From contig CAWBAT010000005.1 in assembly GCA_963786955.1 (NCBI GenBank), positions 960,001-1,024,000 of the forward strand: 64,000 bases of DNA, in the 5' to 3' direction. The notes beneath the pieces are model-generated. The model saw nothing but the letters and a program-made list of their open reading frames with translations. It was not told the origin of the DNA and did not search any database. Shown here in pieces: positions 10,730-22,256 of this stretch. Within the stretch, counting starts at the first letter, position 1. Every line of letters begins with the position of its first letter. Origin of the DNA: an uncultured Acidimicrobiia bacterium. GTDB taxonomy: Bacteria; Acidobacteriota; Terriglobia; Versatilivoradales; Versatilivoraceae. The position numbers and the translations under genes were made by a program.

Positions 10730-12856
10730 CTATGCGCCTTTCCCGACTTCTCCCTCTTTTTTTTCTCGTTGTTCACGTAATACAGCTTTACGGCTTAATT
10801 TGATCTTCTGGCCGTCGATGCCGATGACCTTGACCAGTAACTGATCGCCTTCTTTCAATTCATCTTTAATGTCACGAATTCGATGTTCGGCCACTTCGCT
10901 GATGTGCAGCAGACCATCGGTTCCGGGAAAAATTTCCACAAAAGCTCCAAAATCAGCCAAGCGGACTACTTTCCCAAGATAGATTTTCCCCATCTCTGCT
11001 TCAGCGGTAATGTCCTTGATCATCTGGATGGCCTTGTTGGCAGATGCCTCGTCAACGGCAGCCACATTCACCCGACCGTCATCGGATACATCAATCTTGA
11101 CACCCGTTTTTTCAATGATTGAACGAATCACTTTGCCTCCAGGCCCAATGACATCACGAATCTTCTCAGTGCTGATCTTGAGTAGTATAGATTCGAGGAG
11201 CATATTGCGAAGTCGTCACTCGAGGCGCTTTAATCGTTTCGAGCATCTTATCGAGGATAAAGAGGCGGCCCCGACGAGCTTGTTCAAGGGCTTCCTTCAT
11301 GATCTCCGTCGTGAGCCCACCCATCTTGATATCCATCTGAAGTGCGGTGATGCCTTCCTGGGTTCCCGCTACTTTAAAGTCCATATCCCCATAATGGTCT
11401 TCCGCGCCTGCGATATCTGTCAAAATGGCATACTTGCCGTTCTCCATGACTAATCCCATGGCGACTCCTGCCACGGGTGCCTTAATGGGGATTCCAGCAT
11501 CCATCAGGGAAAGCACACCCTCCGCAGACGCTTGCCATGGAAGAGGAACCATTGGACTCCAGGATGTCTGAGACAATCCGGATCGTGTAGGGGAAATTTT
11601 CTTCCGAAGGGATTATCGGCAAAATGGCCCGCTCGGCTAGTGCCCCATGACCCACTTCGCGACGCCCGGGGCCGCGCATGAAACCGACTTCACCAACGCT
11701 GAAAGGGTGGAAAGTTGTAGTGCAACAGAAACCGCTTGGAAGATTCACCTTCCATAATATCGATCTTCTGGGCGTCTTCTGAAGTGCCCAGCGTAACCGC
11801 AACCAAAGCCTGGGTTTCTCCCCGAGTGAAAAGAGCGGAACCGTGCGTTCTGGGAAGCAAACCCACTTCACATTCAATCGGACGAATTTCGTCGAAGGCC
11901 CTGCCATCGGACCGGTGTCTCTTTTCCAAAATATCTTCCCGGAATATCTTCTCTTTGAGCAAGTCGAAAATTCCAGCAGCCTGTTCTCTCAGTTCAACGG
12001 GTTCTTCAGGATAGGAAGCCAACAGGCTTTCCTTCACAGCATCCACCCGGCTGTAACTTTCGATCTTGCCGTATTTTTGGGTATTCAGGGCATCGCGCAA
12101 ATCCTGCGTGGCGCGATTAGAAATTTCTTCCTGCAGCTTGGGGTCCATCGGTTGGAGAGACGAATTCTCTTTTCTTAACCTGAACGAAGGGTCATGAGTT
12201 TCTTCTGCAATTCGACGATCTTCTTAATCTCCTGATGCCCGAAATTAAGCGCCTCCACTATCGTCGCTTCGGAAACCTCCTGTGCTCCTGCTTCCACCAT
12301 CATAATGGCATCTTCACTTCCAGCGATGATGAGATTCAGCCGACTGTTTTTCAGTTCCGAGCTCGTCGGATTGATCACTAGCTGGTCATTGACTAGCCCG
12401 ACACGGACACCGGCAAGCGGAGTAACGAATGGAATCTCGGAGAGAAATAAGGCGGCTGATGCCCCGCTGATACTCAAGCATATCTGGATCGTTTTCTCCG
12501 TCTGCAGAAAGAACGAGGGCGATAACCTGGGTTTCACAGAAAAAGCCCGAGGGAAATAGGGGTCGTATCGGCCGGTCAATCAAGCGGCAGGTCAGAACTT
12601 CTTTTTCACTGGGCTTGCCCTCGCGTTTGAAAAAGCCTCCAGGAATTCTTCCTGCCGCATAATAATTCTCACGGTAATCCACGGTTAGCGGAAAGAAGTC
12701 CCTATTGGCTCTTGGCTCTTTGTTTGAGCAAGCGGATACTAGAACAATGGTATCTCCGTAGCGAACGGTCACAGACCCATGGGCCTGCTTTGCAAGCTTA
12801 CCGGTTTCGATGGTGAGCTCGCGGCCCCCAATCGTCATACTGGCTTTATGTATCAT
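10730..12856 (-). CDS. pnp: polyribonucleotide nucleotidyltransferase (PNPase); frameshifted
   Basis: [51 protein letters not shown] (IGPGGKVI) and S1 (GLLHISE) domains. Confidence 0.97.
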
Positions 12857-12924
12857 TACTTACGCCCTTCCGTCCGAGAATCATATCCCCAGACAACTGA
12901 ATCAATCTCAATTTTCTTTAGAAA

Positions 12925-12971
12925 CAAAAAAAGCGACCTTTGAGTTTCGTCAGAAACAGTCCAGGTCGCTT
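12925..12971 (-). terminator. intrinsic terminator / processing stem between rpsO and pnp
   Basis: AAGCGACCT...GTTTC-TGAC-GAAAC...AGGTCGCTT followed by a T run on the minus strand. Confidence 0.7.
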
Positions 12972-13015
12972 CGGTCTTCCTGAAATCTTAGTGCCGTAAT
13001 AAAAAGGAAGGAATC

Positions 13016-13285
13016 TTATTTCCGTATTCCAAGCCTCTGAATCAGGCTGCGATAGCGCTCGGTATCTTTTGCTTTGACGTAGTCCAAAAGTCGGCGCCGC
13101 TGGCCGACCATTTTCAATAGACCTCTGCGAGAAGCATGGTCTTTTTTGTGCAATTTGAAGTGCTCGTTAAGATAATTGATACGCTCGCTGAGCAAGGCAA
13201 TCTGGACTTCTGGGGAACCCGTGTCGGCAGGATGAACCTTGTATTGACCGATTAGCGAACTCTTAAACTCCTTGGTGAAAACCAT
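13016..13285 (-). CDS. rpsO: 30S ribosomal protein S15
   Basis: [39 protein letters not shown]. Confidence 0.99.
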   Translation of the reverse strand: MVFTKEFKSSLIGQYKVHPADTGSPEVQIALLSERINYLNEHFKLHKKDHASRRGLLKMVGQRRRLLDYVKAKDTERYRSLIQRLGIRK

Positions 13286-13341
13286 GCAAAGGACTCCTCG
13301 CCTCTCTATAGAACTCTTTCACCCTCTACAGAACGTCCGCC

Positions 13342-13371
13342 AATCTAGCATAAGGGCATGCCGCTTGTAAA
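13342..13371 (-). promoter_or_regulatory. putative sigma70 promoter of rpsO
   Basis: TTTACA-N18-TAGATT with TG just upstream of the -10. Confidence 0.45.
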
Positions 13372-13506
13372 GCCCTAAGACTCCAGCCCGCCGGATCTAA
13401 TTTCAAGGGTTTTAACATGGCCCTTCGTAACATTATCCAGCGTTCCTACATATACCAGGAAAGGCACATAGCATTGGAATGGGGACAGTGAAGGGGAAAC
13501 TTCTTC

Positions 13507-14447
13507 TCAAACCAAGACCACACGGGGTTGAAATCTCTGGAGAGGGAGCCTCCAGCGCAAATTCCCCCTCCATTTCGTCAAGAGGCTCCACCAAACCGAT
13601 CAGTTCCCCTTCAAATAAGACACACAACGCCGCGGGCCGTGCCGAGAGCCCCTCCGGCAAAGCCCAAACAAAGGTTCTTCCATGAGCCAGGGACTCCTTT
13701 GTCTTTAAGTCCACCTCCAGCCCGGGTACTGATTTCAATACTTCGCTGGAAGGGATGAGCCGTTCTACCAGGAATGCGATCTCGGCCGCAGCCAACAACC
13801 TCGGAAGGGATCGCCTGGGAAAGTGAGAATTCCCCGGAAGAAATACGTCTCAGCCGGCTCAGATGGGCGCCGCACCCAAGCCGTTTCCCAATATCGAAAG
13901 CAAACGAGCGCACATAAGTCCCGGCGGAGCACCAGATCCGAAAATCAATCTCGCTAGCACTGCGCTTAGAAGAACTCCAGCCGGCGGATCACAATTTGCT
14001 GGGGAGCAATTTCTACAGGTTTACCCGGCGAGCCAGCCGATAAGCGGGAACTCCTCCGATCTTTTTGGCTGAGAAGGCCGGAGGGATTTGGAATTGAGGC
14101 CCCAACCACTCGGCAGCCAAGGTTCGAAGTTGCTCGGCCGTCAGATCGGGAACATCATTCTTTGCAAGCACCTGTCCTTCACGATCATAGGTATCTGTGA
14201 CAATGCCAAGATAAATTGTTCCTTCGTAGTTTCTTTTCACTATTTCTTCAGGAACTGGATGAGACGAGTTGCCTTGCCAACGGCCATGGGCAGCACTCCC
14301 GTCGCCAGGGGATCAAGAGTTCCCAGATGCCCCACTTTCTTTATCCCAGCCGTCGACGGACGAATTGTACCGCTTCGTGAGAGGTCACTCCCTCGGGCTT
14401 ATCAATGACCAGAAACCCGCTTTCGCGGGTCTGCAAGTAATTCCCAT
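13507..14447 (-). CDS. truB: tRNA pseudouridine(55) synthase TruB; heavily frameshifted
   Basis: Reading across frames gives [61 protein letters not shown] and a C-terminal FQPRVVLV. Confidence 0.93.
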
Positions 14448-14466
14448 GATAGAGGGTCAAATGTCG

Positions 14467-14847
14467 TTATTGATGAGTTATTCGCGGTTCGGAATCGGGT
14501 GGCAATTTGGTCTTCTGGATCAGTTCTTCGATATCGCGCGCCGTATTCAATGGAAGAATCGTAGGTAAATACCAGTTCCGGGGTGTTTCTGAGGCGTGTC
14601 TTCGCGAAGCGACTTCATGGCGGATCCGAGGCGCCGCACTCGTCAGTCCCGCCAGCGTCTTCTTACGCTCCTCTTCCCCGCCGAGCACGCTGACGAATAC
14701 TCGGGCATGTTTGAGATCGGAACTTAGCTTCACTTCCGTGATCGTAGCCAGGCCAATGCGGGGATCCCGGAGTTCAGGCAGAATTTCACTGATCGCCATT
14801 CGAATGAGCTCGGCAACTCGAGTGGGGCGACGGGAAGGAGTTTTCAT
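14467..14847 (-). CDS. rbfA: 30S ribosome-binding factor A
   Basis: RRPTRVAELIR, LRDPRI, EVKLSSDLKHARVFVS; short compensated frameshift near the C-terminus. Confidence 0.95.
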   Translation of the reverse strand: MKTPSRRPTRVAELIRMAISEILPELRDPRIGLATITEVKLSSDLKHARVFVSVLGGEEERKKTLAGLTSAAPRIRHEVASRRHASETPRNWYLPTILPLNTARDIEELIQKTKLPPDSEPRITHQ

Positions 14848-15122
14848 AAATATTCAATATGATATTGACTCAATCCACTCAGGATGAGCTTTTCGGTTTC
14901 ATCAATAACCGTATTTAAAGTCTTTTCCAAAACACCATGATCCGACGAGATGGAAACCACGCCGAGCGTCGCCCGCTGCCACAAATCCTGATGATCGCAT
15001 TCTGCAACCGAGACATTAAATTTCTTGAGACGATCTTTCAGACTGCGCAGAACAAGCCGCTTTTCTTTCAGGGAATGTGACTCAGGAAGGTGGATTTCCA
15101 GGGTTAGGAGCCCGATATGCAT
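14844..15122 (-). CDS. DUF503 (YlxP-like) protein
   Basis: HLPESHSLKEKR, FNVSVAECDHQDLWQRA; usual position between infB and rbfA. Confidence 0.92.
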   Translation of the reverse strand: MHIGLLTLEIHLPESHSLKEKRLVLRSLKDRLKKFNVSVAECDHQDLWQRATLGVVSISSDHGVLEKTLNTVIDETEKLILSGLSQYHIEYL

Positions 15123-15161
15123 GGTTTTAACACCAGCGGGATGGTTCTGAGTCGGGGGCAA

Positions 15162-15288
15162 GGGCTGGAAATGGAAAACATGTCACAAACCCACCACCCT
15201 GGGCACTTGCCTGTTGGCCTTCTCCTGGTTATCCAGAGGTCCAGACAAGGGCGGCGGAGTGTCCATTGCCGTGAGTGAGCACCAGCCC
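15162..15288 (-). ncRNA. candidate structured RNA element in the infB-DUF503 spacer
   Basis: Nested complementary blocks GGGCTGG/CCAGCCC, CCGCCGCCC/GGGTGGTGG, TTGTCTG/CAGGCAA and CTGG-ATAA-CCAG; G-U pairs favour the mRNA strand. Confidence 0.4.
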
Positions 15289-15312
15289 GGATTGACCCAT
15301 CGAAACATCAGT

Positions 15313-17966
15313 TTAGAGAGTTTCCGGAGCCATTTTCTCCATGATATAAGCCTCGATCACGTCGCCGTTCTTGATATCACTGAAATTTTCAAGTCCAATG
15401 CCGCATTCGAACCCGGACCGCACTTCGGAGGCATCGTCCTTGAACCGGCGTAAAGAACCCACTTTCCCTTCATAAATCACCACATTGTCGCGCAAGAGCC
15501 GCACCAGTGAATTACGGGCAATCTTCCCTTCTGTAATGTAGGATCCCGCAATCACTCCGAATTTGGGGACTCGGAATGTCTCGCGCACTTCCGCCGTTCC
15601 CAGATAGGCTTCCTTGTACCGCTGGTCCAGCATGCCGGTCATTGCGCTCTTGATTTCGGTCGTCACGTTGTAAATGATCGTATGCAAGCGGATATCGACA
15701 CCTTCCTGCTGCGCCAGGTCGGATGCTTTACGTTCTGGACGCACACTGAATCCGATGATAATGGCATTCGAAGCCGATGCCAGTAACACATCTGTTTCGG
15801 TGATGGCGCCAGTTCCTTTGTGGATTATCTTGACCTTGACCTTATCCTTCCCAATCTTATTCAGGGTTTCTGCAAGGACTTCCACCGAGCCTTGAACATC
15901 GGCCTTCAGGATGAGGGGCAGTTCTTTGATGGTGCCCGCCTTCATCTGTTCGTGTAGTTGTTCCAAGGTGAGTCGCGCCGACTTCGTCAACTGGCTTTCC
16001 CGCAGTTTCAGTTGCCGCAGGGCCCCGATTTGTTTGACTTTGGTGGCATCGGTGAGAACTTGGAAGAGGTCTCCAACTTGAGGCACTGATTGCAGCCCCA
16101 GCACCTCAACCGGCATCGAGGGCTCCGCTATTTTCACAATTCGGCTGCGGTAGTCGATCATCGCTCGAACTTTTCCCGTTACAGCGCCGGCAATAAATGA
16201 GTCCCCCACGCTTAAGGTCCCGTTCTGAACCAGAACCGTCGCCACCGGACCTCGCCCTTTGTCGAGCTTTGCCTCGAGAATGGTTCCCACGGCCGTCCTC
16301 TGCGGATTCGCTTTCAGTCCCTGCAGATCCGCAACGAGTAGGATCATTTCGAGCAAAAGGTCAAGATTCGTTCTTTGTTTGGCAGAGACCTCGACAGTGA
16401 CGGTTTCTCCGCCCCAATCCTCCGCCATCAGGCCATTGTCGGCGAGTGACTTTTTGACACGATCGACCTGGGCATTGGGCTTATCGATTTTATTGATGGC
16501 TACGACGATCGGAACTTTGGCTGCCCGGGCATGGGCGATCGCTTCCAAAGTTTGGGGCATCACGCCGTCGTCGGCGGCTACAACCAACACGACAATATCG
16601 GTAACCTTCGCACCGCGAGCCCGCATCATGGTAAATGCTTCGTGACCCGGGGTGTCCAGGAAGGTGATGACCCGTCCATTCTTCTCCACCTGGTAGGCTC
16701 CAATGTGCTGGGTGATGCCTCCTGCCTCCGTGGCGGTCACATTGGTCTCCCGCATTGCATCCAAGAGCGAAGTCTTGCCATGGTCGACGTGTCCCATAAT
16801 GGTCACCACGGGCGGCCGCGGGGCGATGTTTTCGGTCTTCTCGTCGGAGATGGCCTCGTATTCAGCATCTTCCTCATATGTGATGATCGAAGCTTCCGCC
16901 CCAAAGTCGCGGCTGAGATCAATTGCCAACGATTCATCGAGAACCTGATTCATCGTGGCGAACATCCCCTTGTCGAGAAGACGTTTGATGATGTCCTTGG
17001 CTTTCACATCAATCTTCTCGGCTAGTTCCTTGACGGTCACCCCTTCCGTTAAAGTGATTTCTTTGGTGATCGGCAGAGGCTGAAAAGGGGCGGGCCTGCT
17101 GACCGTTGGAGGCAACTGGCGGCCAAACCCAACTCGACGCCCTCCCTGCTTCCCTTCCTGTTCCTTAGCCCGGTAACCGCCCCTGGCGCGGGGGGGGCCT
17201 GGCCTGTGATCGCGAGTCGGAACCGGAACGGTATCTGGAGGCGACGTCGGCGTGAACGGACGTGGACCATGCGCGGTTCTGGAAGCAGGCGGGCCACTCG
17301 GACGGGGAGGAAATGTCTTGGGGCGAATATCACCGAATTTCGAACTGATATGTTGCCGGATGGTCTCCGTCGGCGATCCAGTTTTTCCGGGTGGAAACTT
17401 TCTAGCCGGCGGCATGCCCGGTCTGTACCCCGCACCGGGAGGACCAGCCGGACGCCCCCCGACCGGGGCCGAAGGATAAGAGGACGGAGGCCTTGGAAAT
17501 TGGGAAGGTCTTGGAACAAACGGATCCGTGTTTCGAGCGGCCAGGGGCGGCGGCGTAGCCACCGGTGCCACTGGCTTGAGCGGAGTTTCTGAAACGGCTG
17601 GCTTCACAGCGGCCGGTTTGGGTCCTGGAGTCTGTATTACTTCCTTGGACACCGGCTCATTTGGTTTTTCTGTTCTGCCTTGGCCTCTACGGGCTTCTCA
17701 GCGGCCGGGGGCGGAGCAGCGGGTTCTGACTTCGGAGCCTCTACAGGAGTAGTTTCCGCCGTCTTTTCGGGGGCCTTGGCGGTCTTTTTTGCCCTGGGTT
17801 TCTTCCCCGAAAAATGGTCTTTGATGTCCTGAACGCTTTCCGCGTCGACGTGACTGGTTGCCGTTACACCCTCGATACCATTGCTTTTCAGATAGGCAAT
17901 GATCGCCAGGGCATCTACCTTAATTTCCTCTGCAAGTTTGAACAACTTAACTTTCTTTTCAGCCAC
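15313..17966 (-). CDS. infB: translation initiation factor IF-2; one frameshift near 17650
   Basis: IF2_N domain, Pro/Ala-rich linker, [40 protein letters not shown]. Confidence 0.98.
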
Positions 17967-18004
17967 AAATACTAGTATACGCGAGGCAAAATAAGCCTCA
18001 GACG

Positions 18005-19457
18005 TTAATCCTCCTCTTTCTTGACTTCTGGAGATTCTTCGGTGGGGCCAGAAGTGGTGAGTTCACTCGATTGATCTATTCCTTCGCTCGGAGCCAAACT
18101 GTCCGATACGCCTTCATCCGCCAGACCCTCTGCAGGAGCAGATTCCTCTATGGAGGTCACCGCTTCTGCGGATGCGGCGCCTGCTTCACTACTCTCGGAA
18201 GCCTGTAAATAAAAATCTTTCACTGACGCGATTATCTTTTCGGCGATTTTCGGCCCAACCCCTTTGATATTCGTTAACTCCGCAATCGGAGTATCGGCCA
18301 ATTCTTCGATGCTCGTAATACCACTGTCTGCCAGCTTTTGGATTACCGCAGAAGTCAACTGAGGAAGCTCGGACAGCGGAGTCCGGGCAGCCATTTGAGC
18401 CATCTGATCTTCAATTTCAGCCCGCTTTTCTTCCTCGCTCTTGATGTCGATTTTCCAACCCGACAATTTCGAGGCCAATCGTACGTTCTGCCCCTTTTTC
18501 CCGATTGCCAGAGAAAGTTGATCCGTTTCGACAATGACTTCTAAATGCTTTTCGAGGGGATCAATGACCGATGCCCGGCTGACTTTTGCTGGACTAAGCG
18601 CATTCATAGCAAATTGAGACGGATCCTCCGAATAGGGAATGATGTCAATCTTCTCGCCGTGAAGCTCACGAATAATCGCCTGAACTCGCGATCCCTTCAT
18701 TCCGACACAAGCCCCTACAGGATCAACATCCTTATCTTTAGAAAAGACCGCAATTTTTGAGCGCTCCCCGGTATCCCGCGCCGCGCACTTGATGACAACC
18801 GTGCCGTCGTACACTTCCGGGACCTCCATTTCAAACAACTTCATGAGAAGCGCCGGGTCGATGCGGGAAATAATCACCTGCGGCCCTTTGGTCGTTTTTT
18901 CAACGCGAACGACCACGCCTCGAGTACGGTCCCCGGCAGAAAAATTTTCCAGTCGGGACTGTTCGCGTTTCGGAATACGCCCTTCAGTCGTACCCAAGTC
19001 TACAATGATGTCGCCCCCTTCAGCGCGCTTGACCATGCAGCTGACGACTTCTCCGATTCTTCCCGAGTATTCGGTAAAGATGCTGTCTCGTTCGGCTTCC
19101 CGAACCTTTTGAAGAATGACTTGTTTGGCCGTTTGCGCGGCAATTCTTCCCAGCACATCGGTCGCCTTGGGAACTTTCACTTCGCTCTCGATCGCGGCAT
19201 CCGGGTCGAGCTTGAGCGCGTGGGGAAGTGAGATTTCACGGGCTGCATTCGTCACCACTTCGACGACTTTCTTCACGGCAAAAACTTCGATCTGCCCTGT
19301 TTCCTTATTGAGGACAGACCTCAAATCTTCGTTCGTTTTGTAAAACTTGCGCGTGGCTACTAAGTACCGCATCTTCCACAGCACTGACGACGATTTGCGG
19401 ATCGATCCCCTTGTCCCTGCTCAATTGCTCGATTTGCTGAAACAACGCACTTGGCAT
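18005..19457 (-). CDS. nusA: transcription termination/antitermination factor NusA; frameshift near the N-terminus
   Basis: GRIAAQTAKQVILQK, S1 and KH domains, DPVGACVGMKGSRV, AIGKKGQNVRLA, C-terminal HhH. Confidence 0.97.
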
Positions 19458-19472
19458 GCTTAAAACTCCTGG

Positions 19473-19928
19473 CTAAAAATCGATGTCCAGGCTGGCCTTT
19501 GCAACCCAGTGAAACGGAAATTGCACAGGGGCACTATTCTTGAGTTCCACCGTGACAGTCTCCCCATCGAAGGCGGCAAGAATCCCACGAATCGATCTCG
19601 ACCCTTCAACCGGTTGGTGGGTTTGAATCTTGACGAGCCGCCCGCGAAACTTCAAGAAATCTTCCTTACCTTGTAACTTCCTCGTAAGGCCGGGCGAGGA
19701 TACCTCCAAGGTATAACTCCCCGGAACCAGGTCTTCAATGTCCAGCTCCGCTCCGACCTGGTGACTTGTTCTCTCGCAATCGGCGTGGGTGATGCCCTCA
19801 GGTTTGTCGATGAAAATTCGTATAATTCTTCTGTTCAGACTTCCTTTGATCTCAACTTCAACCAGTTCGAGTCCTTCAGAAGAAACAATCTTTTCGATGA
19901 GGGCCTTCGTCTTTTCAAAGTCGGACAA
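19473..19928 (-). CDS. rimP: ribosome maturation factor RimP
   Basis: RIFIDKPEGITHADC, YTLEVSSPGL; first gene of the operon. Confidence 0.96.
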   Translation of the reverse strand: MSDFEKTKALIEKIVSSEGLELVEVEIKGSLNRRIIRIFIDKPEGITHADCERTSHQVGAELDIEDLVPGSYTLEVSSPGLTRKLQGKEDFLKFRGRLVKIQTHQPVEGSRSIRGILAAFDGETVTVELKNSAPVQFPFHWVAKASLDIDF

Positions 19929-19973
19929 CCGCGAACTTCCTTCAAGGGGAACAGCTGAGAGCCATGCCAGACC

Positions 19974-20001
19974 AATAAAAAAGTGGGCTCGCGCCCACTT
20001 T
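19974..20001 (-). promoter_or_regulatory. rimP leader (terminator-like attenuator hairpin)
   Basis: AAAGTGGGC-GCGA-GCCCACTTT-TTTATT: perfect stem, GNRA loop and U tract upstream of rimP, matching the described rimP leader. Confidence 0.85.
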
Positions 20002-20009
20002 CGCCTTTG

Positions 20010-20039
20010 ATACTACAATGCGCTGAATTGAAAAATCAA
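20010..20039 (-). promoter_or_regulatory. putative sigma70 promoter of the rimP operon
   Basis: TTGATT-N18-TAGTAT just upstream of the leader hairpin. Confidence 0.5.
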
Positions 20040-20224
20040 CTAAATAAATATGGGAGCGGCCTGGAATTGCTTTCTAGAAAACATCTGGAATGCCTCGGCT
20101 GTCCATCACCACCCGTGGGGGATTTTCTTTTCATTCATCACCTGAAATCAACCCATCGTGAGAGCAGTCTCAAACCTAGGGAGCGAGAGGAGCCCGAAGG
20201 GTGCCCCCATTATGGAAGTCTTTC

Positions 20225-22066
20225 TTACTTACCGAAGATCTTAACAAATTCGGAAGGGTCTGCCTTAGGTTTGCGATCATAGGTCATCAAGCCATTGATT
20301 TCCTGCTCAACGTCGGTAAGCTGCGTGTAACAGTAGCCGGCAAAAACCGAATTTTCCCGCACCGCCTTCACTAAGCCCGCCAACCGCAACAACAGGGCCT
20401 CTTGGGAGGGCTCGATTCCGGAATAGCCCCACTCTTGCGCATCCGAAGGGGCACCCTTTCGGTATGCAATCCCTCCGAATTCAGTCATTAGGAATGGGGT
20501 TCGATTCCACTGGCAACCCTGTACTAGGGCGTTTCGTGCATTGGGGGGAATCTGTGTCCTGTCCGCCTGAAGCACTTTATATTTGGCCGCCAATTCTTCT
20601 CCGGTCTTCGCATAGTCATGCAGAGTGAAAAGATCTGTCACGTCGGTGTGTTCCCAGCCATCGTTATCCACTACCAGCCGTGTTGGATCAATGGAGTGAA
20701 TCATATGGACCATTGTTCTGGCGTGTTCCTGTTGTGCTTTTTCAGTCAGGATATTAGGAACCCCCCAGCTTTCATTAATTGGAACCCAGGTGATGATCGA
20801 AGGGTGGTTGAAATCCCGGTTAAGGATCTGCAGCCATTCGGCAGTGAAGCGCGCCACATAAGTTTCACTGTATTGATGGGCATTGGCCATTTCTCCCCAC
20901 ACGATCAACCCCAGCTTATCTGCCCAGTAGAGCCAGCGCGGATCCTCTACTTTTTGATGTTTACGCGCTCCATTAAACCCGAAGGCTTTGGTCATGTTGA
21001 TATCATATAGAATGGCTGCTTCACTGGGAGGAGTCAGCAGGCTCTCCGGCCAATACCCCTGATCGAGAACCATTTTCAGATAGTACGGTACGTTGTTGAG
21101 AGTGACGCGACCTTCTTGTGCACTGATTTTTCGTTGTCCAAAATAACTCGAAACTCTATCCAGGACTTTACCACCGGCTAACACCTCAATAGTCAAATCA
21201 TAGAGCTGCGGGTGTTCAGGACTCCACAGCTCTTGGTCGTTGAGTCGGAAAACAGTTGATGCTTTGCCGTCTAAACAGGGTTCTTCCAGTTGTGACGGAA
21301 GCGCTTTCCCCGGGTGAAGGCTGATGCGCACCTTCAAATCCGGAGCGGCTCGGCTCAAGAACGTTTCGATTCTTACCTGTGCATGATCGACATCGGGTGT
21401 GACCCGCAGGTGGTTGACGTGAATGGCATCGACCGCTTCCAGCCAGACCGGTTGCCAGATCCCAGTGGTCCGTGTGTACCAAATCCTCTCGGATTTGGGT
21501 TTCCAATACTGTTTTCCACGAGGGATAGTCTGATCAGTGGGGGAATCCCAGGCCCGCAACACGACGACGTTTTGCGCAGGCTTTAAATAGTCCGTGATGT
21601 CACACTCAAACCCCACATGCCCACCCTCATGGTAGCCAACCTGATTTCCATTGACCCACACTGTGGCTTGATAATCCACAGCCCCAAAATGGAGCATGAT
21701 TCGCTTTGAATGCCATCCTTCCGGGATCTGGATCATACGACGATACCAGACCTGTTCATGAAAGGAGGGATCAGCGATGCCGCTGAAAGAGCTCTGGAAA
21801 CAAAAAGGGACTAAAATTTTTCTGGAGAAGGATTTGGGCGGCTTGAACCAATTTTCCTTGATTCCAACGTCCTGGTCGTCAAACTCAAATTCCCATTCGC
21901 CATTGAGCGTCTGCCATGCGGATCGCATGAGATCAGGGCGGGGGTGCTCAGACCGGGGAATAGCAGAACTATCCGCCAGGACAGTTCCGGGAGTCCCAAT
22001 GAGTATCCACAGAAACAACCGAGTGAAGCGACCCTTCAAAGTATAAATCATCTCATTTTCTCTCAT
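20225..22066 (-). CDS. GH2 family glycoside hydrolase (beta-galactosidase/glucuronidase-like), secreted
   Basis: PRSEHPRPD, LNGEWEF, LHFGAVDY, GIWQPVWLE, LDQGYWP, NHPSIITWVPINESWG (acid/base), TEFGG (nucleophile), YTQLTDVEQE. Confidence 0.93.
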   Translation of the reverse strand: MRENEMIYTLKGRFTRLFLWILIGTPGTVLADSSAIPRSEHPRPDLMRSAWQTLNGEWEFEFDDQDVGIKENWFKPPKSFSRKILVPFCFQSSFSGIADPSFHEQVWYRRMIQIPEGWHSKRIMLHFGAVDYQATVWVNGNQVGYHEGGHVGFECDITDYLKPAQNVVVLRAWDSPTDQTIPRGKQYWKPKSERIWYTRTTGIWQPVWLEAVDAIHVNHLRVTPDVDHAQVRIETFLSRAAPDLKVRISLHPGKALPSQLEEPCLDGKASTVFRLNDQELWSPEHPQLYDLTIEVLAGGKVLDRVSSYFGQRKISAQEGRVTLNNVPYYLKMVLDQGYWPESLLTPPSEAAILYDINMTKAFGFNGARKHQKVEDPRWLYWADKLGLIVWGEMANAHQYSETYVARFTAEWLQILNRDFNHPSIITWVPINESWGVPNILTEKAQQEHARTMVHMIHSIDPTRLVVDNDGWEHTDVTDLFTLHDYAKTGEELAAKYKVLQADRTQIPPNARNALVQGCQWNRTPFLMTEFGGIAYRKGAPSDAQEWGYSGIEPSQEALLLRLAGLVKAVRENSVFAGYCYTQLTDVEQEINGLMTYDRKPKADPSEFVKIFGK

Positions 22067-22256
22067 GCCCCAGTCTATGAGTTTGAACTGATATTTGGCA
22101 TTATAGAGCAGATGGAGATGGTTTTACAGGTCAGACCTTCTACTAAACCCTTGAGATAATCCGCCAAATCGGGGAAACTGATTTTGTACTTAGCGATAGT
22201 CGACATTAGGTCCTATCCTAACGATTCCCCCTGTGCCTAGCCGATGAAGTTCCTTA

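Noticed and set aside
17050-17800. GC-rich low-complexity stretch as a repeat or separate ORFs
   Set aside because: It is the Pro/Ala/Arg-rich linker of IF-2, and the overlapping ORFs are shadows.
10730-19457. Pseudogenes or programmed frameshifting in pnp, truB, infB and nusA
   Set aside because: These are core genes with intact catalytic motifs, and the breaks are scattered indels with no recurring slippery-site or stimulator pattern I could see, so sequencing error is the simpler explanation.
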